DNA from: the human T2T-CHM13v2.0 reference genome, Homo sapiens
Direction: 5' to 3' (one strand)
Length of the DNA stretch: 64,000 nt
Assembly: GCF_009914755.1 (NCBI RefSeq)
Contig: NC_060947.1
In this document: one piece after another, positions 1 through 12,989 of the stretch
How positions within the stretch are numbered: position 1 is the first letter of the stretch
Layout of the letters: each line of letters starts with the position of its first letter
Position numbers and translations under genes: made by a program
Notes under the pieces: model-generated
The model's database searches: none
Told to the model about the DNA's origin: nothing
Seen by the model: the letters and a program-made list of their open reading frames with translations, nothing else

Positions 1-3000
1 ATAGCAAGCAAGGAACTGGGTGACTGTTTGTATGATATTTTCAAACATTATTATCTAAGGAGTGTAATGAGATTGGCTGTTGCTCCTAATGTCACTGAAC
101 CTTTAAAGTAGAGAAAAAAAAGGATAATATCAGTAATTCAGATAACCAATGCAAGCACTACACAAACGATCTAAAAGCTTCTCTATGTGTTCTAAAGGTG
201 ACCTTTATATCCTGTAGCTGCAAGGCTGAGATTGCTAAATATCAAGTACAGAATATCATTTTGCAATTGTCTCAAATACAATAAAAATTGAATTCTCAGC
301 CTCATATTGTGTCTACAGTTAAACTTAGTGCATTGACTAGGAAGAGACCCTGGAAGTTAGAATGGGAATGTGTGGTAGGTCCCTGACGAAGCTGGGGACA
401 TTAAGCCCCTCAATTCTGATGAAACTTCTTTGCCATGGAAGAAGCCTCTCCATCTCAGGAGTGGTCTCTCCATCATCAGTGGGAGTGGTCTTTCCACCCC
501 CATCTGAAGGGATTAACTCTGCATTTTCTGAGTAAATTGTAATGCCACCCCTGCCCTCTCAGAGGCAATGTCTACAAAAGACAATACTGAGTCTCCTCAG
601 AATCCATTGCTACTACCTCTCTTTGCTTTTAGACCTATAACTAGCCTGAAATCCCATCCAGCCCCTAAAAGTGAGTTACAAAGAGCAAACCTTGAGATAC
701 ACTACACTCCAAAAGAACTACCTGTGTTTTATCATTTATATGGCAGAAATCATAAAAACATGCATTGGAGTAAAAAATAAGGGTGTGCAGTAATGGTGAA
801 GAAACATAAAGACAGATCATGACAAAGTTATTAATATGGGCTCACTAAACAGAGATTCTACATTTTACCTTACAGGTTGGGGAGTTGGAAAGGGCTCTAG
901 CAGTCTGTTTGCATCATTGACTAAAATATGAACTGAAAGATGGACAACAGTGAATAAATTGGAAAGCTAGACCTGCTTTGGTTTAATGTAGAAGAATCGA
1001 TTTAATGGCTTAGGATGCTTGAAATGTTACAGAGGATTTGTTTTCTGAGACCTACTCATCCACAATGAAAGAGTTTAAAGGACATATTTTTTACCACAAC
1101 TGTGAGAAATAAATTTAAGGGGAGCTTCAGCATTCTTGAAGAGCTTGTGATTTCTCTATCCATAGGTCAAAACTTAGAGTGGAAACTGTAGTCATTGAAT
1201 TGGCATTTGATCCAAGGGTGGCAGGAGCCAAGCAGTAACACTCAACTACCAAAGGTAAGATGGGGATGGTTATCATAATTGGCAGTAGAGTCAAATCAGT
1301 GATCACAATAGTCTAATTTGTGCAGATTTATGACATAGTCTAGTTGATCATGGTATTCCTAGAAGTGGAATAGACAGCCTACAGAATTCTTACTTAATAC
1401 ATATAAGCAGAACATTTCTAGGTCAGTGAACAAAAATATAACCTGAATCATAAAAACAGAGTTATAGCTCCTCAATCAATTTCCAGACTTTAGCCAGTTT
1501 ACAAATCCAGAACCCCTTAAATGAAGAAAAAGCTTGGTGCCCTTGAGGAAGGGCCCTAGTACACTGCCTAAAATCTGTACATTTAATCTTCCTCCTAATC
1601 TTCCCAAAAGAGACTTATGTCCTTTTACCAGTGAAACTGTTCATTTGGGTAATAGAAAATAATCAAATCAGGTACTACTGGACCCTGGCTATGAACTGAT
1701 GCAAATTCCAGGAGACCTAACATGCCATGGTGGTCCACAAAGAGAGTGCTTATGGGAATCAGGTGATCCATGGAGTTTTAACTCAGGTCCAACTCACAGT
1801 GGGTCCACATTGTCCCTCATGTACCCTGCAGTTATTTACTCAGTTCTGGAATGCATATTTTGAATAAATATACTCATGCTGACACAATCTCCATAATGGT
1901 TCCCTGACCTGTAAAGTGAAGTGTATTATGGTGGGTAATGGCAAATGGAAGCCAGTTTTAGGAAAATAGTAAAGCAAATGCAATATTTCATCTCTGTAGG
2001 GATTGCAGACATTAGTGCCACCATCAAGGGCTTGAAAAATGAACAGTGGTGATTCCCACCACATCCCCATTCAGCTTGCCTATCTGGCCTTGCAGAAGAC
2101 AGATGGATCTTAGAGAATGACAGTGAATTATTATAAACTTAACCAGGTGGTGACTCCAATTACAGCTGCTACACCAGATGCAGTTTCATTGCTTGAAAAA
2201 AACTAACACATCTCCTGGTACCTGGTATGCAACTATTGATCTTGCAAGTTCTTTTTCTTCATACATGTCAATAACAGCCAGCACAGGCAATTTGTCTTCA
2301 GCCAGCAAGGCTAGCAATACACTATCACTTTCCTACTTTCAGAGTGTATCTTCAGCAGTATGTCACAATCTAGTTCACAGGGACCTTGACTGCCTTTCCT
2401 GTTCACACGATATCACATTGGTCCATTACACTGATGACATAGTAGCGACTGGATATAGTGAGCAAGAAATATCAACTATTCTTGACTTATCAGTAATACA
2501 TTTGCATGTCAGAGGGTAGAAAATAAATCTGATTAAAGTTTAGGGGCTTTATACCTCAGGAAAATTTCTAGGGGTCTCGTCATGTGGGACATGTTGAGAT
2601 ATATTTTTTAAGGTGAAGAATAAGTTGTATTATCTGGCCCCTCCTATAACCAAAAAAAAAAAAAAAAAAACAAAATGGATATAACACCTAGTAAACCTCT
2701 CTGAATTTTGAAGGCATCATATTCTTAATTTAGATGTGTTACCCTGGATCATTTTCTGAGTGATCTGAAAAGCTGCTAGTTTTGAGTAGGGCCTAGAACA
2801 AAACAAGCCTCTGTAACAGATCCAGACTGCTATGCAAGCTGCTCTGGCACTTGAGTCATATGATCTAGCAGATCCTTGAAGAATCAGTAACACATAGGGA
2901 TGCTCTTAGGTATCAGAGAGGCCCCTACAGGTGAATCACAGCTTATGCTTTTAGTATTTTGGATCAAAGCCCTGCCATTCTCTGTGGTTAGCTACTCTCT

Positions 3001-6000
3001 TTTTGAGAAAGAGCTGTTGGCCTGCTACTGGGCCTTCATAACAACTAAATGTTTAACCATGTAGCACCAAGTTACCATGTGACTTGAGTGGACCATCATG
3101 GGCTGGGTTTTGTCTGACCCACAAATCTGATGTGCTCTGCATTGTAACACTTCATCGTCAAATGTATGTACTATGTGTGTGACTGGGTCTGAGAAGTCTT
3201 GAAGGCAAAACGTTACATGAAAAAGTGACCCAAACTCTCACAGTCCCTACTCCAGTTACACTACATTCTCTGTTCCAGTCTGCACCTATGGCCTCAGGGG
3301 GAGCTCCTTACAATTAGTTGACAGAGGAAGAGAAGACTTGAGGCCAGTTCACAGTTGCTTCTGCATGATATACAGACTCCATCTAAAAATGGACACTTGT
3401 AGCAATGTTAGCCCCATTCTGAGATCTCCCTGAAAGACAGTGGTGAAAGAAATTTCTTCTGGTGATGAAAAATTTGAAAGTTGCTCCTATATATTCATGA
3501 GCTGGGGCCAATGAGTTGGCTGTATGGTCAGGGACATAGAAGGAATATAGCTGGAAAATTGGTAATAAGGAAATTTGAAGAAGACATATGTGGTTAGACC
3601 TCTCTGAATGGGCAAAACAAATGAAGATATTTGTGTCCTATGTTAATTTTTACCATAGCATAATCTCAGTAGAAGAGTATTTTAATAATCATGCGGATAT
3701 AGTTGCTCATTCTGTGCATACCAGTCAGGCTGTTTCTCCAGTTACCCATGTCATCACCAATAAGCTCATGAACAAAACGGCTACAGTGGCAGGGATGAAG
3801 GTTATCCATAAGTTCAGAAACTTGAACTTCTACTTATCAAAGCAGACCTGGCTATGACCACAGCTGAGTATCCAGTGGCCAACAACAGAGACCAATACTG
3901 AATCCTGAATACGACAACGTTCCCGTGGATGATCAGCCAGCTAGTGGGTGTTGGGTTATTACACTGGACCACTTCTATCATAGAAGAAGCAGTGTTTTGG
4001 CTTCACTGGAATAAGCTCTACATATGGATTTGCTTTTTCAGAACACAGTGCTTTGGACAAAATTACCATTGCAAACTTACAGAATGCCTTATCCACCATC
4101 GTGGTATTATACAAAACACTGATTCTGATCAAGGAAACCACTTCACAGCAAATGGAAGAGTGGCAGTGGGCTCACGCTCATGATATTCACTGGTCTCACC
4201 ATGTTTCCCACTATTTTGAAGTACCTGGTTTGACTGAAAAGTGGATGCACCTTTTGAGGACTGTTAAAGCACCAGATAGGTGGGAATCCATTGCAGGGCT
4301 GTAGCAAGGTTCTTCAGAGGCTGTGCATGTTCTGAATCAGCATCCAATACATAGTTCTGTTTCTTCTATAGCCAGGATTTGTAGGTTCAGGAATAAAGGA
4401 ATGAAAATACAAATGCCATCACACACTACTACACCTAGTGACCCACTAGAAAAAAATGTTGCTTCCTCTTTTTGAAAACTGTGCTTTGCTGGCCTAGAGG
4501 TTTTAGGTCCAAATGTTGGAATGCTTTCATCTAGAAACACAACAATATTTATTTGTTTAAGTTAATTTAATTTTAAGTTCCAAGATACATGTGCAGGACG
4601 TGCAGGTTTGTTACAGAGGTAAATGTGTGCCATGGTGGTTTGCTGCACCTATCAACCCATCACCTAGGTATTAAGCCCCACATGCATTAGCTTTTTATCC
4701 TGATGCTCTCCCTCTCCCAGCCCCATTGACAGGCCCCAATGTGTATTGTTCCCCTCCCTGTGTCCATGTGTTCTCATTGTTCATCTCTCACTTATAAGTG
4801 AGAACATGTAGTATTTGGTTTTCTGTTCCCATGTCAGTTTCCTGAGGATAATGGCTTCCAGCTCCATCCATGTCCCTGCAAAGGACATGATATCATTCCT
4901 TTTTATGGCTGCATAGTATTCCATGATGTATATGTACCACTTTTTTTTATTCATTCTATCATTGATGAGCATTAGGGTTGATTCCATGTCTTTTCTATTG
5001 TGAACAGTGCTGCAATGAATGTATGCGTGCATGTATCTTTATAACAGAATGATTTATATTCCTTTGGGTATATACACAGTAATGGGATTGCTGGGACAAA
5101 TGGTCTTTCTAGTTCCAGATCTTTGAGGACTCACCACACTATCTTTCACAATGGTTGAACTAATTTACATTCACACCAACAGTGTAAAAGTGCTCTTATT
5201 TCTCCACAGCCTCACCAGCATCTGTTGTTTCTTGACTTTTTAATAATCACCATTCTGACTGTCATGAGATGGTATCTTATTGTGGTTTTGCTTTGCATTT
5301 AAGAGACACAAAAATATTTCTATTGAACCAGAAATTAAAAGTGGCCTCTGAATCAACAGGCCAAGAAGTGAGGTACGGTGTTTCTAATCCTGACTATAGG
5401 GGAAAACTGGACTTCTTCGTCACAAAGAAAGTTAAGGAAGAGTATGTCTGGAACACATGAGTTCCCTTAGGGTGTCGAAATATTACCATGCCTGTAATTA
5501 AGGTCAGTGGAAAACTACAACAACCTAATCCAGGCAGGACTACAAAATGTCCAGACCCTTTAGGAATGAAGGTTTGCGTCACTCTACCAGGTAAAGAACC
5601 ACAACCAGATGATTTGCTTATTGAAGGCAAAGGGAAAACAGTATGGACACTGATAGAAAGTAGTTATAATTACCAACCATGACAACATGCCTATTAACAG
5701 AAATGAGGACTGTAATTATCATTACTTTGTTATGAATATTTGTTTGTATGTATATTGGAGTGTATGTGTATGTGTGTCTAGTATATATCTGTTTTCTTTT
5801 TTACTCCCTTCCTTATTCCCTTATCCTGTAACATAAATTGCATTAACTTTTTATTATAACATTAAGTAGTGTTAATTTTATTCCATAATATTTAAGATAT
5901 GGTCTATCAAGGAAAGTAGTAATCCTCACTGAAAGATGTTAACTTCTCTTTTGGTAAAGAGGTTATACATTTATGGTTGTATGCAGGATAGTTGTATTAT

Positions 6001-6097
6001 GGTAGATTGAAGGATGACCTTGTTATTATTTGTATTTGGAGAGTAAGTATAGTTTAAGGAGATAAATATGAGTGGTACAGTTGGTAAGGTATGAACT
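1..6097 (+). mobile_element. ERV-L (HERV-L/ERVL-E-like) internal region, decayed gag-pro-pol-IN-dUTPase; 5' part runs off the window
   Basis: Protease-like LLDPGYEL at ~1675-1698. RT motif LVHYTDD (YIDD-type) at 2418-2438 in ORF 2178..2519. Integrase-like DSDQGNHFT in ORF 3929..4183. dUTPase-like GVSNPDYRGKL in ORF 5269..5460. Ends just before an MLT2 LTR. Many stops and frameshifts. Confidence 0.92.
4551..5301 (-). mobile_element. 5'-truncated L1PA (L1PA8-10-like) 3' end inserted in the ERV-L dUTPase
   Basis: Reverse-strand L1PA 3'UTR (acatgtgcaggacgtgcaggtttgttac...) and ORF2 C-terminus (ORF 4781..5032 MEYYAAIKRNDIMSFAGTWMELE). 18-bp TSD agaaacacaacaatattt (4533-4550) / agagacacaaaaatattt (5302-5319), 2 mismatches. 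Confidence 0.93.
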
Positions 6098-6258
6098 TAT
6101 GATAGTTAATTTTATGTGTCAACTTGACTGAGCCACAGAGTGCCCTGTCATGTGGTCACATTATTGAGGGTTTGTCTGTGAAGGTGATTCTGGATGAGAT
6201 TAATCTTTGAATCACTAGACTAAGTAAGGCAGATTGCCCTGCCTAATGTGTTGGGCCT

Positions 6259-7439
6259 TGTATTAGTTCATTATAACACTGCTATGAAGAACTGCCTGAG
6301 ACTGGGTAATTTATAAACAAAAGAGGTTTAATTAACTCACAGTTCTGCACGGCTGCAGAGGCCTCAGGAAACTTACAATCATGGCAGAAGGAGAAGGGGA
6401 AGCAAGGCACATCTTAACATGGTGGCAGGAGAGAGACAGCGAGTGAAGGGAAGAAGTGCCACAAATTTGAACTATCAGATCTCATGAGAACTCACTATCA
6501 TGAGACCAGCATTGGGGAAACCACCCCCATGATCCAATCACCTCCCACCAGGTCTCTCCCTTAATATGTGGGGGTTACAACTCTGCATGAGATTTGGGTT
6601 GGGACACGGAGTCAAACCATATTATTCTGCCCCTGGCCCCTCCCAAATCTCATGTCCTTCTCACATTGCAAAATACAATTATTCCTTCCCAACAGTTCCC
6701 CAAAGTCTTAATTCATTCCAGCATTCCATAATTAATTCAAAAGTTCGATTCCAAAGTCTCATCTGAGACAAAGCGAGTCCCTTCCACCTAGGAGTAACAT
6801 CAAAAACAAGTTAGTTACTTCCAAAATACAGTGGGGATACAGGCATTTCGTAAATGCTCCCATTTCACATGGGGAAAAAATGGTCAAAACAAAGGGGCTA
6901 CAGGCCCCATGCAGTCTTAAAACCAGCAGGACAGTCATTAAATCTTAAAGTTCCATATTTATCTCCTTTGATTTCATCTCTCACATCCTTAAATAAATAA
7001 AATCAAAAATGAAAAAGGGGACATTACAACCAATAACATAGAAATAAAACATCATAAAGGACTACTATGAACAAGTATATGGCAACAGATTGGCAACTTA
7101 TAAGAAATGAATAAATTTCTAGAAACACACAACCTACAAAGACTGAATCAAGAAATAATAGAAAGACCACTGTATTAATCTGTTTTCTCACTGCATAAGT
7201 AACAAAGAGCTAAAGGAGAAGCAAGTCATGTTTTATGTGGAGGCAGGAGAGAGTGAGTGAAGGGGAAAGTGTCACACTTTCAAACCATCAGATCTCATGA
7301 GAAGTCACTCACTATTATGAGAACAGCATGGGGAAACCACCCCCATGATCCAATCACCTCCCACCACGTACCTCCCCTGACACATGTAGATTTCAATTTT
7401 ACATGATATTTGGGTAGGGACACAGAGCAAACCATATCA
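6259..7439 (-). mobile_element. MaLR MST-type provirus (LTRs 6259-6624 and 7171-7439; 3' internal remnant 6625-6988)
   Basis: Both LTRs run tgtatta...aaaccatat(c/t)a. The internal part is the reverse of the MaLR 3' internal region (ttctgcccctggcccc). 5-bp TSD ggcct (6254-6258) / ggact (7440-7444). Confidence 0.88.
6989..7170 (+). mobile_element. ~180-bp internal L1 ORF2 fragment embedded inside the MST provirus
   Basis: aatgaaaaaggggacattacaac...actactatgaacaag...ttctagaaacacacaacctac matches the ORF2 segment also seen at 42105-42275. No polyA tail. Confidence 0.85.
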
Positions 7440-7959
7440 GGACTCATCCAATAAATTAAAGACCTGAATATAACAAAAAAAAAGCTGAGTAAGAGGAAGC
7501 TCCTCTTGCCTGACTGCTTGGGCTAGGATATCAGTCTTTCCCTGCCTTCAAACTGACTGAAAAATCAGATTTGTTCAATCTTGAGCCTGTCAGACTTTGG
7601 ACTAGAATTTACATCATCACATTTCCTGTTTCTTATGTCTTCTGATTGTGATTGAAACTACACCATCTTCGTTCTTTGCTGTCTAGCTTGCTGATTACAG
7701 ACTGTGGGACTTGTCAGAGCCTATAATCATGAGAGTCCATATCCATATACAGGTAAGAGTACCTGATTTTTTGTAATTTATTCACAAATTCTCATCTCAG
7801 TCATTGGTGTGGGTTGCTCCTTTGGAATGTTAATTTTCTAATATTATGGCATATGTTATATATAGGCAGAGGCATTTTTAGTCACCAGAAGAGCTTTCAG
7901 GCAAAATGGTACTGGTACTAGCTATAGGTAGTTGAGCCAGGATACAGAGAAATGCTAGT

Positions 7960-8680
7960 AGCTGAGGTGGTATAAGCAGCCAACTGAAATCACATGCTTC
8001 ATAAAACAAATAGAATAAATATGTCTGCAGCTCAGCAGGTAACTTTTGGCTACAAATATGCATTTGCAAATCATAGTCTTATTTAAGTCATTAGAATTGA
8101 TTGTATCTTTCAGGGTTGTTTTGTATAATGATAAGCCTAGGTCAGATTCTTAGAGAAACCCAGTATTTTAGTGATGCTAGAAGAGGAGAAACCAACAAAA
8201 GAGTCACAAGATGGCCCAAAGAAGTAAACGGACACAAGACTGTGATGTCATGAAAGTCAAGGGACCAAAGTGATTTATCTCCAATACAGTGTGCTTGAGA
8301 ACTTCAAATGCTGCCATGAAGGAAGATCAGATATGAAAAATATTCTTTGGACTTAGTCACATAGAGAACCCTTGTGATCTTGGAGAGTTGTGGGCCAGAA
8401 TATCAAATCCCAGTGTATTAAGTTATGCTCAGTAAGATGCATGTTGTTTCAGAAGATTTTAATAGAGTAACAAAATTAAACTGAGATAAATTATTTTATT
8501 TGCTTGCTTATACTCAAGGTGGGAAACATATAAGCATGTTTATCAGTTGATGGTAGAGGAAGTAGAAGGAGAGTGGTATAAGATAAATTAAATGTAGAGG
8601 ATAATCAAAAGTGTCATATTCCTGGAAGAAAGGAAATCATGAGACTCAGAGTACAGCTTGAGGAACAATAATTACACCTT
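7960..8680 (-). mobile_element. L2 LINE fragment
   Basis: Degenerate L2 antisense motifs (gaggagaaacc..., tgatgtcatgaaagtcaagg, aaatgctgcc, ttggacttagtcacat). Boundaries approximate. Confidence 0.6.
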
Positions 8681-9005
8681 TAACAAATGGAAATTATTAA
8701 ATTTGGAGAAGTTGCATTATAAAACGAGAACCATATGTATACATTATTAGGCCTGAGTATTAAGAAAATGGTTAGATTAGATTATAAATTATTCATATTG
8801 TAGACTTGAAATTGATATGGTTTAAGCAAGCAGTGAATGATATATAATATTTTATAGATTCATTCATTTTGTTGTGTATGCATCAGTAGTTTATTCTCTT
8901 TGATTAGGGTGCAGTATTTCATTCTATGGCTATAGCACAATTGGTTTAAACATTGGTTGATGCACATTTGGATGAGGAATATTACAAATAAAGCTTCTAT
9001 AAACA

Positions 9006-9382
9006 CGATGAGACACTCCTTTAATGAAACTTTAGTCTGGCTCCTCTGAGTCTCCTTTATCTACTAGTCCCAGTCCCCAGTAGGCATGTCAAGAGTCCAG
9101 TTTTAGCAGGAATCCTGCTGTATCAATTTAGAGACAATCCCCACCCTCAATATCTGATCATCTGTTTAGTCAGAATTGCCCCTTGTCTCCAATGCTTTCA
9201 CTTAGTAATTTTCCATTCACTAAATCCCCACCTTTCTCCTTAGCTATAAATTTCCACTTGCCCATGCTTTATTTGGAATTGAGCCTAGTTTTATATTGAG
9301 ATCTCTTTTCTCCTATTGCAATAGTCCTGAATAAAGTATATTTTTAATACTTTAGTTACTGTCTAGCTGTTTTCCTTTGACA
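9006..9382 (+). mobile_element. MER31-like ERV1 solo LTR
   Basis: aaactttagtctggctcctctgag...ccagttttagcaggaatcctgct...atccccaccctcaatatctgatca; aataaa signal; ends ...tttgaca. Confidence 0.75.
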
Positions 9383-9418
9383 GCATTCCTGTACATGTTT
9401 TTGTGCAGATATGTTTTT

Positions 9419-9728
9419 TGTTTGTTTGTCTGTTTATTTGTTTTGAGATGGTGTCTCGCTCTTGTTGCCCAGACGGGAGTGCAATAGCACGATCTCTGCT
9501 CACTGAAACCTCCGCCTCGCAGGTTCAAGCGATTCTCCTGCCTCAGCTTTCTGAGTAGCTGGAATTACAGGCGCCCGCCACCACGCCTGGCTAATGTTTT
9601 GTATTTTTAGTAGAGACGGGGTTTCGCCATGTTGGCCAGGCTGATCTCAAACTCCTGACCTTAGGTGATCCACCCACCTTGGCCTCCCAAAGTGCTGGGA
9701 TTACAGGCATTAACCACCGTGCCCGGCC
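9419..9728 (-). mobile_element. full-length AluS (Sq/Sp-like)
   Basis: Dimeric Alu with a (TTTG)n-decayed tail. Perfect 17-bp TSD tgtgcagatatgttttt (9402-9418 / 9731-9747). Confidence 0.96.
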
Positions 9729-9814
9729 CCTGTGCAGATATGTTTTTATTGCTCTTGGTTAAATACCCAAGAAATTTTCAAGGAACTGCCAAATTGCAGC
9801 AGCAGTGACAGAAT

Positions 9815-10050
9815 CATTATCATTTATGGAGGGCTCACTTTATGTTAGTCACTATGCTTCATGCTAGACACTTCACAAAATATCTCGATTAAATCCTTGA
9901 AACAAGTCTATTCAGTGTATATTCTTTTTTTCTATTTTACCAATGAGAAAATTGAGCATCAAAGAAACAAAGTCATGTGCTCTAATTTACACAGCTAATA
10001 ACTGTGAATTTAGGATTTAATTCCAGAGTGCTCTGATTCTAGAATCTGTG
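9815..10050 (-). mobile_element. MIR SINE
   Basis: Core ttttaccaatgagaaaattgagc...tacacagctaataa...ggatttaa...tctgattctagaatc. Confidence 0.7.
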
Positions 10051-10729
10051 TTGAATAAAGAACATTCTACTAGTGTCATTCTTGGCTTTAGCTTTTGAGG
10101 TTTTGAAGATTTATAAATAAACCTCAATTTTCAATTTTCCTGGGTGGCTGCTGGTGAGAACCAGTCATTTGACCAGTTTCTGAGCTTAGGGAAGTGCTAT
10201 GACTTTGATTTTTTGCTTATTATCCCATTAGCAGTAACACTAATAAAGTAACTAAGTAACAATACATGCAACTCAGTATGCCAAATTCTAGTAGTTGATG
10301 TACATAAAAAGATAACTGTAGTTATAAAATTGAAGTTAAATAATTAAACAATTAAAGAGGAAATATGGATTTTGTAAAGGCTTTTAACTTTTCCGTGAAT
10401 GAGGCCATCAAGATGACCAAATTGTGAAACTGTTTTAGTGAATGTTCGATCCACTGCAAAAATTATTAATGAAAAAAAGATAGAGTCTGTATAGGCAATA
10501 GAAGCTCTTAATGGAAATATTCAGCAGAAAGACAGGATCCTATGGAAAATTATCATAATTATAAAGTTGGTAAAGGCTCTAAGGTTGCTATCCAACTGAT
10601 CTTTATTTTTTTTCTCATTTTATGAAAGAAATAATGTGCTATAAAGTTACTCAATGATTAGAAATTTTTGAAGTTCCTTTGACAGATCCTTCATTATTTT
10701 CAGGTCTTTTTTTTAACTTTTGCATTGAT

Positions 10730-10910
10730 GGAATGAGTTACAATGATCTGTTTATGTGCCAGTCTTCTTTATTCTCCTCTGAGCTATTTTAGGATTAAGA
10801 TCCTGCCTAATTGACTCTATTTCCCCAGCATTTAGCATAGTACCTGCTCCAAAACTTATGGTAGGGACTCAGATGTTTATTTAGTGACCAAATTAATATA
10901 TAAATAAATG
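10730..10910 (+). mobile_element. L2 3' end
   Basis: tctgagctattttagg...tccccagcatttagcatagtacctg...gtagggactcag resembles the L2 3' terminus. Confidence 0.6.
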
Positions 10911-12989
10911 AGATACTCAAAGGAGAGGCTTGGCTCAGTTGCAATCATAGGAAATCTCTGCATAGGTTAAAAATATAAAATTTGGGAAAGAAGATTTGCA
11001 AAGTATTTTAGTCTTTACTAGCAAAGGTCATTGGTTTCCTAAACCAAATAAGATACTTGTAAGAAACCTTTTTGGCTGTATGAATCTGAACCAAATAAAA
11101 ACTAACATTCTACTTCTACCAATATATGTTTTCACAAAAACATAGGTCAAGATAAATGTGCTGTATGTTTCTGGAAATGCAAATGCACCACTTGAACATT
11201 CAACTCTGAAATGGTCGACTATAAAAGAGAGTATGCAAAAATGTATTCATTCCAAGTTAATTAGAAAATGAAACATATTGCATGTCATTGTCATATTTTC
11301 ATTTGCTTTCTAGTTTAGTAATTCATTTATTTATTTAAACAAAATTGCATTTATTTATTATTAAATTAAAATTTATTAAAATATTTTTATTTATTAATAT
11401 GTTTCATGTATTTATATTTAAATAAGGTAAACATTTATCATTTTGAAACTATATTTTTTCAGTAAAATGTGTTTTGAAATCTAGCAATAAAAGAGGGGAA
11501 GGACCAATTTCAGACAGTACTCAACAAGTTCTCTTAGAATGAGCCTCAATCCATAAACTCATATGATGGGAAAATGGCACCACCAAAGCAGTGAACTCAG
11601 ATGCTACTGATTTCAGGAAGCATATCTCCAAATGTAAGACCGTATCTCAATCCCTGCGTGAAAGCCATGGTATTTGAAGCTAGATCTGCTTATTAATATC
11701 TTCTTGCTTGGAATTTCCAACCTGCATTCTAACTAAGGACAAGCAGACTCTAACAATTTTTTTCTCACCCTGCTTAGTCAGATTATGATTGAATTCAACA
11801 AACTAAATTCTGCTACCTCAGCAACAGCTGACTCGTAGGAATCTGCCACCATTTTTAAAAGTTAGACTATATTAATAGGTACAAATATGACTCTGCCGTC
11901 TTTAGAAATAGAGTTGCTGGTGTAGAACATCATTAAATGCATCTTAATAATAATTTATTATTAAATATCTGCTATGGAGAGTTCAAGGAGTGACCTGGCA
12001 TTTTGCCTCAGAAACAAATACATAATACAGAATATTTATAATCTTCTTTTGAGTGCCGATAACCTAGTTAACTAGAATAAGAAGAATAGCACCGAGATCC
12101 AAAAAGTAATGACATCTATGTGATAGTTTTTCACAAAGTAAGATATGTGTGTATTGATTAAAATACAGAGAAGAAAAAAAGGTCACCTTGCTCTTAAGTC
12201 ATCCATATACCTTGTCATTCATGAAAAGCATGGAGGTCATAAGGATATCTTTTGGTAAATCAGAGAAAATTTGTCCTCACAGTTAATTAACAGAGACTCT
12301 TAAGTAAAAAAAGAGCTTCATGGTTTAATGATTTTTATCAATTCTTTATTGGGCTACAATTTTTCCAACTACAATTTTAACATGTGAAGATAGAAAAGAA
12401 TTTGGGTAATGAATGAAATATTGTTAGTGCTGCTCTTTAAATCGTCCATTGTATTATCATTTTTATATTTTAATGAGAAAGTCGTCACAAAGAAAATGCC
12501 ACAGCAAGACAATCTACATTATTACTGAACTTTCAAGCCAAATAATCATAAGAGTTACTTTCTACCAAGCTTTGTAATGTAATTAGTATGGGACACTGCC
12601 TGTTCTCCTCAGGCCTTGCTCACAATTTTGGAGTATCTCAGACACCATGATAATAATTATTGAATATAAATTAGTACTATTAGAGTGCTGAGAGTTTTTT
12701 GTAAAATCATTGTTATCTAGTAGATACAGAAAAAATATTGTTATGATTATCTTTTAAAGTAAATGACCCAGTTGCACTACAGAAATTATCTCTGCACATG
12801 GTACTACTAAATAGTTGGCATGTTAGATTTAAGATGTGCTAGTTGTAAATAGTTTAAAGGAAAAAAATAACCTATTTTTAAAATTCCATTCAATATAATC
12901 ATATAAACATTATAACTCTGCTTGTAGAAAAATGTTCTCCCAGAGGATGGACCTAAGGGAAAAATATTATATTTTATTAAACTTTTCAA

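Larger units (their letters stand above)
6098..7751 (+). mobile_element. MLT2 (MLT2D-like) 3' LTR of the ERV-L, split by an MST insertion; 3' end degraded
   Basis: Begins tatgatagttaattttatgtgtcaacttgactg (MLT2 start). After 7440 it resumes with catccaat...gacctgaatataacaaaa...ttgcctgactgc. Confidence 0.85.
8850..9800 (-). mobile_element. old L1M 3' fragment, interrupted by MER31 and Alu
   Basis: gtagtttattc...gtatttcattctatgg...aaagcttctataaac continues after the LTR as cattcctgtacatgtttttgtg and after the Alu as ...ttaaatacccaag. Confidence 0.6.

Noticed and set aside
2653-2670. PolyA as the tail of an inserted retroelement (also 42416-42432)
   Set aside because: Host ERV-L/L1 sequence continues on both sides, consistent with slippage of an A-rich tract.
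11539-11632. AG...GTAAGA-bounded candidate coding exon
   Set aside because: Stops in all three frames and a weak polypyrimidine tract.
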